Origin: Armatimonadota bacterium
GTDB lineage: Bacteria > Armatimonadota > Zipacnadia > UBA1398 > JAKPQA01
Length of the DNA: 64,000 bases
Direction of reading: 5' to 3'
Assembly: GCA_029547025.1 (NCBI GenBank)
Contig: JAKPQA010000085.1
Location: forward strand, 6,585 to 70,584
Part shown: piece by piece, positions 20,858 to 29,696 of the stretch
How the letters are laid out: each line of letters opens with the position of its first letter
Position numbering within the stretch: the stretch's first letter is position 1
Notes under the pieces: model-generated
What the model was told of the DNA's origin: nothing
Seen by the model: only the letters and a program-made list of their open reading frames with translations
The model's database searches: none
Position numbers and translations under genes: made by a program

Positions 20858-22420
20858 ATGGCGTCCGACGCACTCGATGACCATCATGGGCCGAGCGAGG
20901 AGGTCCCCGCGCCCCCCGCGGACAAGCTGCTTGTCGTGGACGACGAGAGTGGCATCCGCAAAGGGTGTGAGCGAGTCCTCCGCGCTCGCGGCCATGAGGT
21001 GTTCCTCGCCGAGACGGCCGAGCGGGGACTCGAGATCCTCGCCGAGCATCCCGACATGGACGTGGCTCTGGTCGATCTGCGGATGCCGGGCATGGGAGGC
21101 CTCGAGTTCCTCCAGCATGCGCGCACCGCGGTCCCCGAAATGGTCTCGGTAGTCATCACGGCCTACGCGACTCTCGAGACGGCAGTCGAGGCAACCCGGC
21201 GCGACGCCTTTGACTTCCTGACGAAGCCGTTCACGCCCGACCAGCTCACGAGCGTGGTGGACAAGGCGTTGGGCCGGGCACGGCTGATCCGTGAGCGGAA
21301 CCGGCTGCGCGCGGAGCGCGAGATGCGCCTGCTCGAGCTGGCCACCGAGCAGTCACGTCTGCGCACCATTATCAACTGCATGGCCGACGCGGTTCTGGTC
21401 TGCAACGCCGAGCATCACCTCGTCCTCTACAACCCGGCGGCACTGCGAGTGCTTCCCGGCCTCAACCCCGGGAAGCCGGTGGCCAGACTCGCCGAGGTTC
21501 TGGAACCGCCGGAGCTCCTGCATACCATCGAAGAGACCGGAGCCACCGGGAAACGGCTCTCGAAGGAGATCGAGATGGTGCACCGGCGCGAGGGCGGATG
21601 GGCCCTGGCGAATGTGGCGCCGGTCGTGGATGAGACCAGCGGAAGGGTCCTCGGGTCGGTGACCGTGCTTCGCGATATCACGGAGCTGAAGAAGGTCGAC
21701 CAGGTCAAAGCTCAGTTCGTGAACATGGTGGCCCACGAGTTGCGGTCGCCGCTGGCGGCCGTGGACAGCTACCTCTCCATCATGCAGCAAGGCTTGGTCG
21801 AGGACCCGGACAAGCGGCGCGAGGTTCTCTGCCGAAGCCGGGACCGCCTCCGGGCCCTCCTGGACCTGGTCAGTGACCTTCTCGATGTGTCGCGCATGGA
21901 AGCCGGGACGGTTCGCCGCGAGATCGCCGCGCAGTCGCTGGACGAGATCATCCGCGAGGTCGCGGAGCTGATGGGACCCTACGCGGCCGAAAAGGGCGTG
22001 ACCATTCACGTCGACGTGCCCCCGAACCTGCCGCCGGTCGAGGGAGATCGCGAGGAGTTCGTCCGGCTCTTCACCAACCTGGTCAGCAACGGAATCAAGT
22101 ACAACGTGGACAATGGCACCGTCACCATCACGGCTCGTCACGAGGGCCATTTCGTCGAGGTTGCCGTGAGCGACACCGGCGTGGGGATTAGCGAGGACGG
22201 GCTCAAGAGGCTGTTCGGCGAGTTCTTCCGCGAGAAGCGGCCGGAGACGCGCTACGCGACGGGCACGGGCCTTGGCCTGAGCATCGTGAAGCGCATCGTC
22301 GAGTTCTACCACGGCCATGTGGATGTGCGAAGCGAGCTCAACCAGGGCTCGACGTTCACCGTATCGCTGCCCTGCAAGTACGAGACCAGACCGCCAGCCT
22401 CGCCGGAGGCCCATGGCTAG
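20858..22420 (+). CDS. Cytoplasmic hybrid sensor kinase, REC-PAS-HisKA-HATPase
   Basis: LLVVDDE...VDLRMP...ITAY...TKPF receiver, PAS (MADAVLVCN...YNPAA...VLRDIT), H-box AHELRSPL, NGIKY, DTGVG, GTGLGL. Confidence 0.93.
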   Translation: MASDALDDHHGPSEEVPAPPADKLLVVDDESGIRKGCERVLRARGHEVFLAETAERGLEILAEHPDMDVALVDLRMPGMGGLEFLQHARTAVPEMVSVVITAYATLETAVEATRRDAFDFLTKPFTPDQLTSVVDKALGRARLIRERNRLRAEREMRLLELATEQSRLRTIINCMADAVLVCNAEHHLVLYNPAALRVLPGLNPGKPVARLAEVLEPPELLHTIEETGATGKRLSKEIEMVHRREGGWALANVAPVVDETSGRVLGSVTVLRDITELKKVDQVKAQFVNMVAHELRSPLAAVDSYLSIMQQGLVEDPDKRREVLCRSRDRLRALLDLVSDLLDVSRMEAGTVRREIAAQSLDEIIREVAELMGPYAAEKGVTIHVDVPPNLPPVEGDREEFVRLFTNLVSNGIKYNVDNGTVTITARHEGHFVEVAVSDTGVGISEDGLKRLFGEFFREKRPETRYATGTGLGLSIVKRIVEFYHGHVDVRSELNQGSTFTVSLPCKYETRPPASPEAHG

Positions 22421-22464
22421 CAGCGGCGGGCGCGTTCGGTGCCCGCCCAGAGGAGTGTGCCCGA

Positions 22465-22881
22465 TTGCCTGTCGAACGGACCCTGTCGATCGTCAAGCCG
22501 GACGCCTTGAGCGCCGGTCATCTGGGTGAGATCATCGCGGCCTATGAGGCCGCCGGCCTGCGCGTGATCGCCGCGACCGTGATGCGCCTCACCCCGGAGC
22601 TTGCCGAAGGGTTCTATGCCGAGCACCGGGGAAAGCCGTTCTTCGGGGGTCTGATCGACTTCATGACCTCAGGCATCTGCATGCCCATGGTGCTCGAGGG
22701 AGAGGACGCCATCGAGCGCGTGCGCGCCATCCACGGGGCTACCGACCCGGCCGACGCGGCACCGAGCACCATTCGGGCTCGATTCGGCACCCAAGTGACC
22801 CGCAACGCAGTCCACGGCTCAGATAGTCTCGCCAGTGCCGCCCGGGAAGTCGCCTTCTTCTTCCCGCAACTGGGCGCGTAG
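22465..22881 (+). CDS. ndk: Nucleoside diphosphate kinase
   Basis: ERTLSIVKPDA, FYAEHRGKPFF, TIRARFG, NAVHGSDS catalytic His motif. TTG start after AGGAG. Confidence 0.97.
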   Translation: MPVERTLSIVKPDALSAGHLGEIIAAYEAAGLRVIAATVMRLTPELAEGFYAEHRGKPFFGGLIDFMTSGICMPMVLEGEDAIERVRAIHGATDPADAAPSTIRARFGTQVTRNAVHGSDSLASAAREVAFFFPQLGA

Positions 22882-22887
22882 ATCGAC

Positions 22888-23901
22888 CTAGAACTTCTGC
22901 CGCATCCGGGTGAAATACTCAGCCAACGGCTGGACCTGGCCGCGCTGGCCGGCCGGCAGCCCCCGGTAGAACTCCAGGCCGTCGTCGATAACGCCCGCGA
23001 CCTTCTGTCGGACGCCGTCCGCCCCGGCGCCCTGCATGGACGCCAGCCGGTCGAACATGGTGCCGAACATGTCCTGGGCGTACTGAATGGCCTGTGCCCG
23101 GTCTTCAGGCGACATGTTCTGGAGCTCCCCAAATGCGAAAGCGAAGATCTGCATCCTCAGTTCCTTGGGGAGGTTCGCGTACATCCCAAAGTTCTTCTCG
23201 AACCCCTCGAGAATCTCTTCATCGCTGGTGTAGTCGAGCACCTGGGCGACATTGTCGGGCGTCATGCCATACAACACATACACGGGTTTGGCGACACACC
23301 CGGCGTGCGAGGCGAGCGCCTCGATCAGCTCGCGCACTGAGCACTTGGGAGCATCCACCGCGAAGGCCTCGGCCGATGGCGTGCCCTCATAGATGAAGGG
23401 AACGCGGTACAGCGTGGCGAGCTCGCCGAGGGCTTCGGTGAGGACCACACCGTCGGCCTTGATCGGGCCTACGGTAGACTCGTCGCGGACCTTGTCCGCG
23501 GGCCGATCAGGACGTTTGAGGTCCGTCGGCTGGGTCTCCTTGCCGGTGGGGTCCTTGGGGGTGATGAGGTAACCGGGTCGGCGAGCCACGCGGCCCATGC
23601 CACCCAGTAGGACGTATACCTGGTCGACGTTCGGGGCCGTGAACTGGAGCGGGCCCACCGCGAAGTCCATCGGCTCAGCCACGGCCATGGCCACGTCGAA
23701 CTTCTCCTGGAGGTACGTCGCCAGATCCTTCACAGTACCACCGGCGAAGTTGATGGCGATCGTGCCCTTCTCCGTTTCGCCGGCGCCGGTGGCCTGCGTG
23801 GGCTGGTCTACTTGGGTGGCCGGGAGATCGTCCGATAGGGCGGCGCCGCAAACTGCGGCGATGGCGGCAAGGCAGCAGAGGAACAGACGCCTGGACATCA
23901 T
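22888..23901 (-). CDS. Secreted hypothetical protein (two possible STN/secretin-N-like modules and a helical C-terminus)
   Basis: Signal peptide MMSRRLFLCCLAAIAAVCGAALS and coding-like codon usage. Domain guess is from pattern only. Confidence 0.7.
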   Translation of the reverse strand: MMSRRLFLCCLAAIAAVCGAALSDDLPATQVDQPTQATGAGETEKGTIAINFAGGTVKDLATYLQEKFDVAMAVAEPMDFAVGPLQFTAPNVDQVYVLLGGMGRVARRPGYLITPKDPTGKETQPTDLKRPDRPADKVRDESTVGPIKADGVVLTEALGELATLYRVPFIYEGTPSAEAFAVDAPKCSVRELIEALASHAGCVAKPVYVLYGMTPDNVAQVLDYTSDEEILEGFEKNFGMYANLPKELRMQIFAFAFGELQNMSPEDRAQAIQYAQDMFGTMFDRLASMQGAGADGVRQKVAGVIDDGLEFYRGLPAGQRGQVQPLAEYFTRMRQKF

Positions 23902-24311
23902 CGTCACCTTCCGTGGGTCACCATGGGTCTACGATCACCATGTCTCGAAACGCAACCATGCCCGGTCGGCCCAGACACAAACCGCGCATCCGCCCTGCCG
24001 TCGGCCGGCGCAGACATGGGATGCAGCTCGCGTTCCTGGGTACTTCGACGCTCGGCGTGGCTCGCGTACTCACACCAGTCAGCGCCTCCTTGTACTGAGT
24101 TTCCCTTCCGGACAGCCGAGCCGCCAATGGGCACCCGTGCTGCCGGGCCATGCGACGGCTCTGGCGGGGCTGAGCGCCGGGGACCCCAGAGTGGATTTGC
24201 ACCGGGCCTGGACTCACAGCACTCTGCTTCGGCGAGCGAATGCGACCCAAGGGGCGGGCGCGCCGGCCGCGAATAGGCGGAACGGTGCTCTGATGCTAAT
24301 GGGGTGAGAGT

Positions 24312-27300
24312 ATGCGTCCCGAACTCCTGCTGACCGTCGCGCTGACCGCCCTGTTACTGGCCGTGGTGGCCGGTAGGGCAGCCGGTGGTGACTATGGTGG
24401 CGCCGTGCGGCGGACTGATGGGCTTGTGGCCTACTGGCCCTTCGATGGCGGACTGGAAGACGTGGTCGGGGGCGCGCTGGGGACGCCTGAGGGCATGGTC
24501 CGCTTCGTCCCGGGCGTGGCGGGCACATCCGGGATCGAGCTCGACGGCCGGGGTTTCGTGACGGCTCCACCGATCCTGGGCGCGGACGGCCCCGAGTCGA
24601 CGATCGAGCTGTTCTTCCGTCCCCTGCCGTCACCGAGCCCGGGCAACCCGTGTCTGGTCTCGATTCGGGACGAGAAGCGGGCCCGGGTCAGTCTGCACAT
24701 CTCCGCTGATCTGAGGCGGCTGGCGGTCTGGAACGGCGGAGGAGCCGGCTGGGTGGATCTGGCGCCGGAAGCGGACCTGGGAGAGGGTGTCTGGCACCAT
24801 GTCGCCCTGACCCACGGGCGCGAGGGCGTTCGCCTCTACCTGGACGGCGTGGCGTGGCCGGGGGCGGTCGGCCCGTCGGGCGAGCGCGGTCTGCCCGTCC
24901 AGATCGGCGCGCCGACCGCGACCGGTGACTTCGAGGTGTTCCGGGGCGCGCTGGATGAGGTAGCCCTCTACTCACGAGCCCTTACGGCCGAAGAGGTCGC
25001 CGCGCACGTCGACGCCGCGGGCGACGAGTGGGCCGCGCGGCGCCGGCGTATGGCGGCGGTCGCGGCGGCGTTCACCGAGGAGCAGGCTCGGCGCCGGGAG
25101 GCCGCCCGCGCCGCTCGGCGCGAGCGCGTGGCGGCCATGCTGGCTGATCCGGCGCTCCTCGAACGCGGAGAGCGCCGCGTGTACCGGGGCGACCATCTTG
25201 AAGCCATCCGCTTCTGCGTGGGCGGCATTGGGGCGGGCACGATCCAGATGGACGGCCAAGCTCGTCTTGCGGCCTGGCAGATCTTCAACAATCACACCGA
25301 GGCCGAGTTGCCCCATAGCTTCCTGGCTATCGCGGCCGGTCCCGCCGGAGCACGTCGTGTGGTCCGGTGCCTGCAGACCGCGCCCGAGGGGCCCTTCGCG
25401 GCGATGGAGCGGCTGGGATTTCAAGGGGAGTACCCGCTGGCCTGGTACGAGTTCGAGGACGGCGAGCTTCCGGTGACCGTGCGGCTCGAAGCGTTCAGTC
25501 CCTTCATCCCGCTGCGGACGCAGGACTCATCCATCCCGTGCGCCGTGTTCCGCGTGGGTGTCGCGAACCCGGGGGGGCAAAGCGTCGAGGTGTCGCTCAT
25601 CGCGGTTCAGCAAAACGCGGTGGGGTACTTGGGCCACGGCGCCGTCGAGGGGTGCGACCACGTGGACTATGGTGGCAATCGCTGCACCGTGCTGGCGCGT
25701 GACGGGGCTACGGTGCTCCACATGACGTCTGATAAGGGCCCGAGACGTCCGGGCGCGGGCGACATGGCCCTGACTGTACTGGGGCCAGCGGGCACGGGAT
25801 CGGCCGATGTGGGCCACCTCAGTGGCCTTCACCACGCGCTGGCCCAAGGCCAAGCACCGAGCGCTCCCGGCTCGGCAGGGCCGACCCCGGCCGGGCGTAC
25901 TCTCGACGGGGCAGTGGCATCGTCGTTTCGCTTGGCCCCGGGCGAGAGCCGCACGGTGACGTTCGTGTTGGCCTGGCACTTCCCGAACGCCGTACATGGT
26001 GCCTCCGGCAGCGGGTGGGACCACCATGGGAACCAGTACGCCAACGTGTGGGGCAATGCGCTGGAGGTTGCCGAGTACGTGCGCACTGAGCTTCCACGGC
26101 TGAGCCGTGAGACCCACGAGTTCCATCGGGCTGTGTACGACAGCAACCTCCCACACTGGCTGCTGGACCGCATCACCTCACAGCTGGCGGTGCTTCGGAG
26201 CCGGACGTGCTATTGGGCTCAGGATGGGTACTTTGGGGCTTGGGAGGGCTGCGGGCAAAGCAGCGGGTGCTGCGCGGGCAACTGCACCCATGTGTGGCAC
26301 TACGCTCAGGCCCACGCCCGGCTGTTTCCCGACCTGGCCCGCCGGATGAGGGAGCAGTCGCTGTCGTACCAGCGAGAGGACGGTAGTCTTCCGTTCCGGC
26401 ACCCGTCCGAGAGCGTTGCCGCTGACGGCGAACTCGGGGAGATCCTGGGGGTGTGGCGCGAGCATTTGTGCGCGGCCGACGAGTCATGGCTTTCGCAGGC
26501 GTGGCCGCGGACCCGGGCGGCCATGGAGCACGCCATCCGCACGTGGGATCCGGACGAAGACGGCGTGCTGGCGGGGTACCAGTGGAACACGCTCGACTGC
26601 GCGGTGGGCGGGAGCACGTCGTGGTTGGGGAGCCTGTATCTGGCTGCGCTGGCAGCCAGCGAGCGCATGGCGGCTCTGCAGGGCGATCCGCAGCGCGCCG
26701 AACGCTACCGAGCCATCCGCAACCGCGGCGCCGTGACGCAAGATGCCACGCTGTTCAACGGGGAGTACTACATCCAGTTGCCAGATCCCGAGCCGCGCAA
26801 CGACTACGTCGACGGATGCGCCATCGACCAGCTTCTGGGCGAGTGGTGGGCCACCCAGGTGGGACTGCCGACCGCCTATCCCGACGACCATGCGCGCCGC
26901 GCTCTGTCGGCGCTAATCGAGCACAACTTCCGGCCAACGCTTGCGGGCGTGACTCAGTCGCCTCGGAAGTTCGTCGCCGATGAGGATGCGGGCCTGCAGA
27001 TGATCCAGTGGCCGAAGGGAGACAGACCCTCGCCGTGCATCCTCTATGGGGACGAGATCATGACTGGCTTCGAGTATGCCGCCGCGGCGACGATGGTGCA
27101 GAAGGGTATGCTCCGTGAGGGGCTCATGGTGGCCAAGGCGGTCAGCGATCGGTACGACGGACGGCTTCGGGAGGGGCTGACACCGGGCGACACGGCATCG
27201 TGGGGATACAGCGGGAACCCGTTTGGGGACGATGAGTGTGGCAAGTACTACGGCCGAGCGATGAGTGTCTGGTCGCTCCTGCTCGCCTGCCAGGGATTCT

Positions 27301-27656
27301 CATACGACGGCCCGGCGCACCGCATCGGCTTCGCTCCCATCTGGCAGCCGGAGGACCACTCATCGTTCTTCACGGCAGCGGAGGGGTGGGGCGTGTACCG
27401 TCAGCGTCGCATGCCCGGGTCGCTCCGCGCAGTGCTGGACGTGCGCTTCGGCCGGGTGGCCGTCCGCGAGCTGACACTAGCGCTGCCCGAGGGCGTGAAC
27501 TGCAGCGGAGGCCGGGTTGCGATGGGCGGGAGCGAGGTTCCCGCGACGATTGCGGGCGGTGGCCGTGGCGTGCAAGTCCGTATCGGCAAGGACCGACTGG
27601 TCACCGCAGGTCAGGAGCTGGTGGTGGAACTGGCGTTCGAGGCGCCAGACGGGTAG
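24312..27656 (+). CDS. Secreted GH116 family glycoside hydrolase with an N-terminal LamG-like domain
   Basis: LVAYWPFD...WHHVALT...LYLDG...FRGALDEVALYSRAL (LamG), GGIGAGTI, FQGEYP, AFSPFIP, AWEGC nucleophile motif, NTLD acid/base motif, FNGEYY, ECGKYYGRAMS. Confidence 0.9.
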   Translation: MRPELLLTVALTALLLAVVAGRAAGGDYGGAVRRTDGLVAYWPFDGGLEDVVGGALGTPEGMVRFVPGVAGTSGIELDGRGFVTAPPILGADGPESTIELFFRPLPSPSPGNPCLVSIRDEKRARVSLHISADLRRLAVWNGGGAGWVDLAPEADLGEGVWHHVALTHGREGVRLYLDGVAWPGAVGPSGERGLPVQIGAPTATGDFEVFRGALDEVALYSRALTAEEVAAHVDAAGDEWAARRRRMAAVAAAFTEEQARRREAARAARRERVAAMLADPALLERGERRVYRGDHLEAIRFCVGGIGAGTIQMDGQARLAAWQIFNNHTEAELPHSFLAIAAGPAGARRVVRCLQTAPEGPFAAMERLGFQGEYPLAWYEFEDGELPVTVRLEAFSPFIPLRTQDSSIPCAVFRVGVANPGGQSVEVSLIAVQQNAVGYLGHGAVEGCDHVDYGGNRCTVLARDGATVLHMTSDKGPRRPGAGDMALTVLGPAGTGSADVGHLSGLHHALAQGQAPSAPGSAGPTPAGRTLDGAVASSFRLAPGESRTVTFVLAWHFPNAVHGASGSGWDHHGNQYANVWGNALEVAEYVRTELPRLSRETHEFHRAVYDSNLPHWLLDRITSQLAVLRSRTCYWAQDGYFGAWEGCGQSSGCCAGNCTHVWHYAQAHARLFPDLARRMREQSLSYQREDGSLPFRHPSESVAADGELGEILGVWREHLCAADESWLSQAWPRTRAAMEHAIRTWDPDEDGVLAGYQWNTLDCAVGGSTSWLGSLYLAALAASERMAALQGDPQRAERYRAIRNRGAVTQDATLFNGEYYIQLPDPEPRNDYVDGCAIDQLLGEWWATQVGLPTAYPDDHARRALSALIEHNFRPTLAGVTQSPRKFVADEDAGLQMIQWPKGDRPSPCILYGDEIMTGFEYAAAATMVQKGMLREGLMVAKAVSDRYDGRLREGLTPGDTASWGYSGNPFGDDECGKYYGRAMSVWSLLLACQGFSYDGPAHRIGFAPIWQPEDHSSFFTAAEGWGVYRQRRMPGSLRAVLDVRFGRVAVRELTLALPEGVNCSGGRVAMGGSEVPATIAGGGRGVQVRIGKDRLVTAGQELVVELAFEAPDG

Positions 27657-27721
27657 TCCGTCGTCAGGCGGCGCTTCGTCTGGATGACTCTGCATGACTG
27701 CAACCCTGGGAGGATCGAGCG

Positions 27722-28477
27722 ATGCTGCTGGACGGTAAGGTCGTCATCGTCACGGGGGGCGGGCGCGGGATCGGTGCGAACGTGTCGCGGGTGCTGGCGC
27801 GCCATGGGGCGCGGGTGGCCGTGGTGTACTCGACGAGCAAGAGCAAGGCGCAGACGGTGGTGACGGAGATCGCGAAGGCCGGCGGAACGGCGAAAGCGTT
27901 CCAGGCGGATGTGCGCGATGTGGACTCCGTCGAGACCATGGTGAAGGCAGTGAAGCGCCAGTTCAAGCGCATCGATGGCGTGGTCAACAATGCCATTGCG
28001 GGCCGGCAGCACGCGCCGTTCGACCAGGCCACCTGGACCGACTACCAGGACATGTTCGACTTTGGCTGCAAGGCAGTCGTGAACCTGATTCGGGCCGTCC
28101 GGCCGATCATGAAGGCTCAGGGCGGGGGGCGGATCGTGAACATCGTGACCGAGCTGTGGAACATGGGCTCGGCCGAGTGGTCTACCTACTTGGCCGGCAA
28201 AGGGGCGATGGTGGGCCTCTCGCGCTCCCTGGCGAGCGAGCTCGGACCGGAGGGGATCACCATCAACATGGTGGCCCCGGGCTGGATGGCCGACGAGAAG
28301 GTGGACCCGTCCTCGGACGCGTCGATCCGCTTCGGGCAGACGTTGCCGGTTCGGTTCCACGGCAGTGCCGACGAGATTGGCAATGGCTGCGTGTTCTTCC
28401 TGAGCGACCTGGCACGGTATGTCACGGGTGCCTATCTGCCCGTGACGGGCGGCCGCGTGACACAGATGGGCGCGTAG
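27722..28477 (+). CDS. Short-chain dehydrogenase/reductase (FabG-like SDR)
   Basis: TGGGRGIG, VNNA, YLAGK, NMVAPG. Confidence 0.93.
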   Translation: MLLDGKVVIVTGGGRGIGANVSRVLARHGARVAVVYSTSKSKAQTVVTEIAKAGGTAKAFQADVRDVDSVETMVKAVKRQFKRIDGVVNNAIAGRQHAPFDQATWTDYQDMFDFGCKAVVNLIRAVRPIMKAQGGGRIVNIVTELWNMGSAEWSTYLAGKGAMVGLSRSLASELGPEGITINMVAPGWMADEKVDPSSDASIRFGQTLPVRFHGSADEIGNGCVFFLSDLARYVTGAYLPVTGGRVTQMGA

Positions 28478-28504
28478 CGGACGAGAGGGAAGGGGCCCGT
28501 CGAG

Positions 28505-29635
28505 ATGAGCAGACCCATCGGTATGGGCGTCGTGGGGGCCGGAAGCATCGGGATCCGTGGAGCGCTCCAGCACCTGTGCCTGCCCGACGTTCAGGATCGC
28601 GTGAGACTGGCAGCGGTGTGCGATCCGGTTCCGGGGCGGGCGGCGGCCGCCGCCGCCAAGTATGGAGTGCCACACGCCTACCAGAGCTTCGAGGAGCTGC
28701 TGGCCGACGACTCGGTCGATGCGGTCACACTGGGATCACCCATTGGTCTGCACTATGAACAGGGCTTGGCCGCGGTGCGTGCCGGCAAGCACGTTCACTT
28801 CAACAAGACGATGACGACGACCGCAAGTGAGGCCACGAAGATCATCAACGAAGCCGCGGCCCATCGCGTGAGACTGGTTGCATCGCCTGGGCAGATGCTG
28901 CGGCCCATCAACCAGCGCATCCGCAGGCTCGTGCAGGATGGAGCCCTCGGACGCCTGGCCTGGGCCGCCACGGGAGCGGGCTTTGGAACGTACCATGAGA
29001 ACGAGGGATGCCGCCAGGGCGACGATGTGCTCAGCAACATCAACCCGGCATGGTACTGGCGGAGACCCGGGGGCGGGCCACTCTTTGACATGACCGTGTA
29101 CGGGCTGCACTCGCTTACGGGCGTGCTCGGACCGGCCCAACGCGTGGCGGGCATGTCGGGAGTGGCCGTGCGCGAGCGCGAGTTCCAGGGGACGCGGTAC
29201 GCCTGCGACGCCGACGACAACACACTGCTGTTGCTGGACTTCGGCAATCAGACCTACGCATTCGTCTACGGCGCTCTCTCAGGGATGCTGACGGAGTTCG
29301 GCCTGGCCAGCTACTTCGGTACTCGCGGGCACATCGCGGGCCGCACGATGAACGGAGAGCCAATCGACTATCCGGGCCGGACCGAGGCCGAGGCGGCGGG
29401 CGGCGACAACGTGCTGTTGCCCCATGTGGTGGGCCCCCATCGAGAGCTCGATGAGGCCCACGTCTTCGAGGACATCATGCAGCTCGTGGACTGGGCTCGC
29501 GAGGGGATCCCCTCGCCCGCGACCGCCGAGCATGCGCGCCATGTAATCGAGATCTTCGAGGCCGGGTACCGAGCCGCTGAGACCGGCGAGACTCAGACGC
29601 TGACCACGACCTTCGAGCTGCCAGACCAGGGGTGA
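28505..29635 (+). CDS. Gfo/Idh/MocA family oxidoreductase
   Basis: GVVGAGSIG, AVCD, GKHVHFNK, GGGPLFDMTVY. Confidence 0.9.
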   Translation: MSRPIGMGVVGAGSIGIRGALQHLCLPDVQDRVRLAAVCDPVPGRAAAAAAKYGVPHAYQSFEELLADDSVDAVTLGSPIGLHYEQGLAAVRAGKHVHFNKTMTTTASEATKIINEAAAHRVRLVASPGQMLRPINQRIRRLVQDGALGRLAWAATGAGFGTYHENEGCRQGDDVLSNINPAWYWRRPGGGPLFDMTVYGLHSLTGVLGPAQRVAGMSGVAVREREFQGTRYACDADDNTLLLLDFGNQTYAFVYGALSGMLTEFGLASYFGTRGHIAGRTMNGEPIDYPGRTEAEAAGGDNVLLPHVVGPHRELDEAHVFEDIMQLVDWAREGIPSPATAEHARHVIEIFEAGYRAAETGETQTLTTTFELPDQG

Positions 29636-29696
29636 GCGGGCGCGGCAGGAGGATCGTCCGGCGGGCTGCGCGAAGCCTTGAGGACGGTATGGGGGC

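Noticed and set aside
23908..24311. Riboswitch or ncRNA in the 400-bp divergent intergenic region
   Set aside because: I could not match it by eye to the cobalamin, SAM, TPP, c-di-GMP or fluoride consensus. An Rfam scan is needed.
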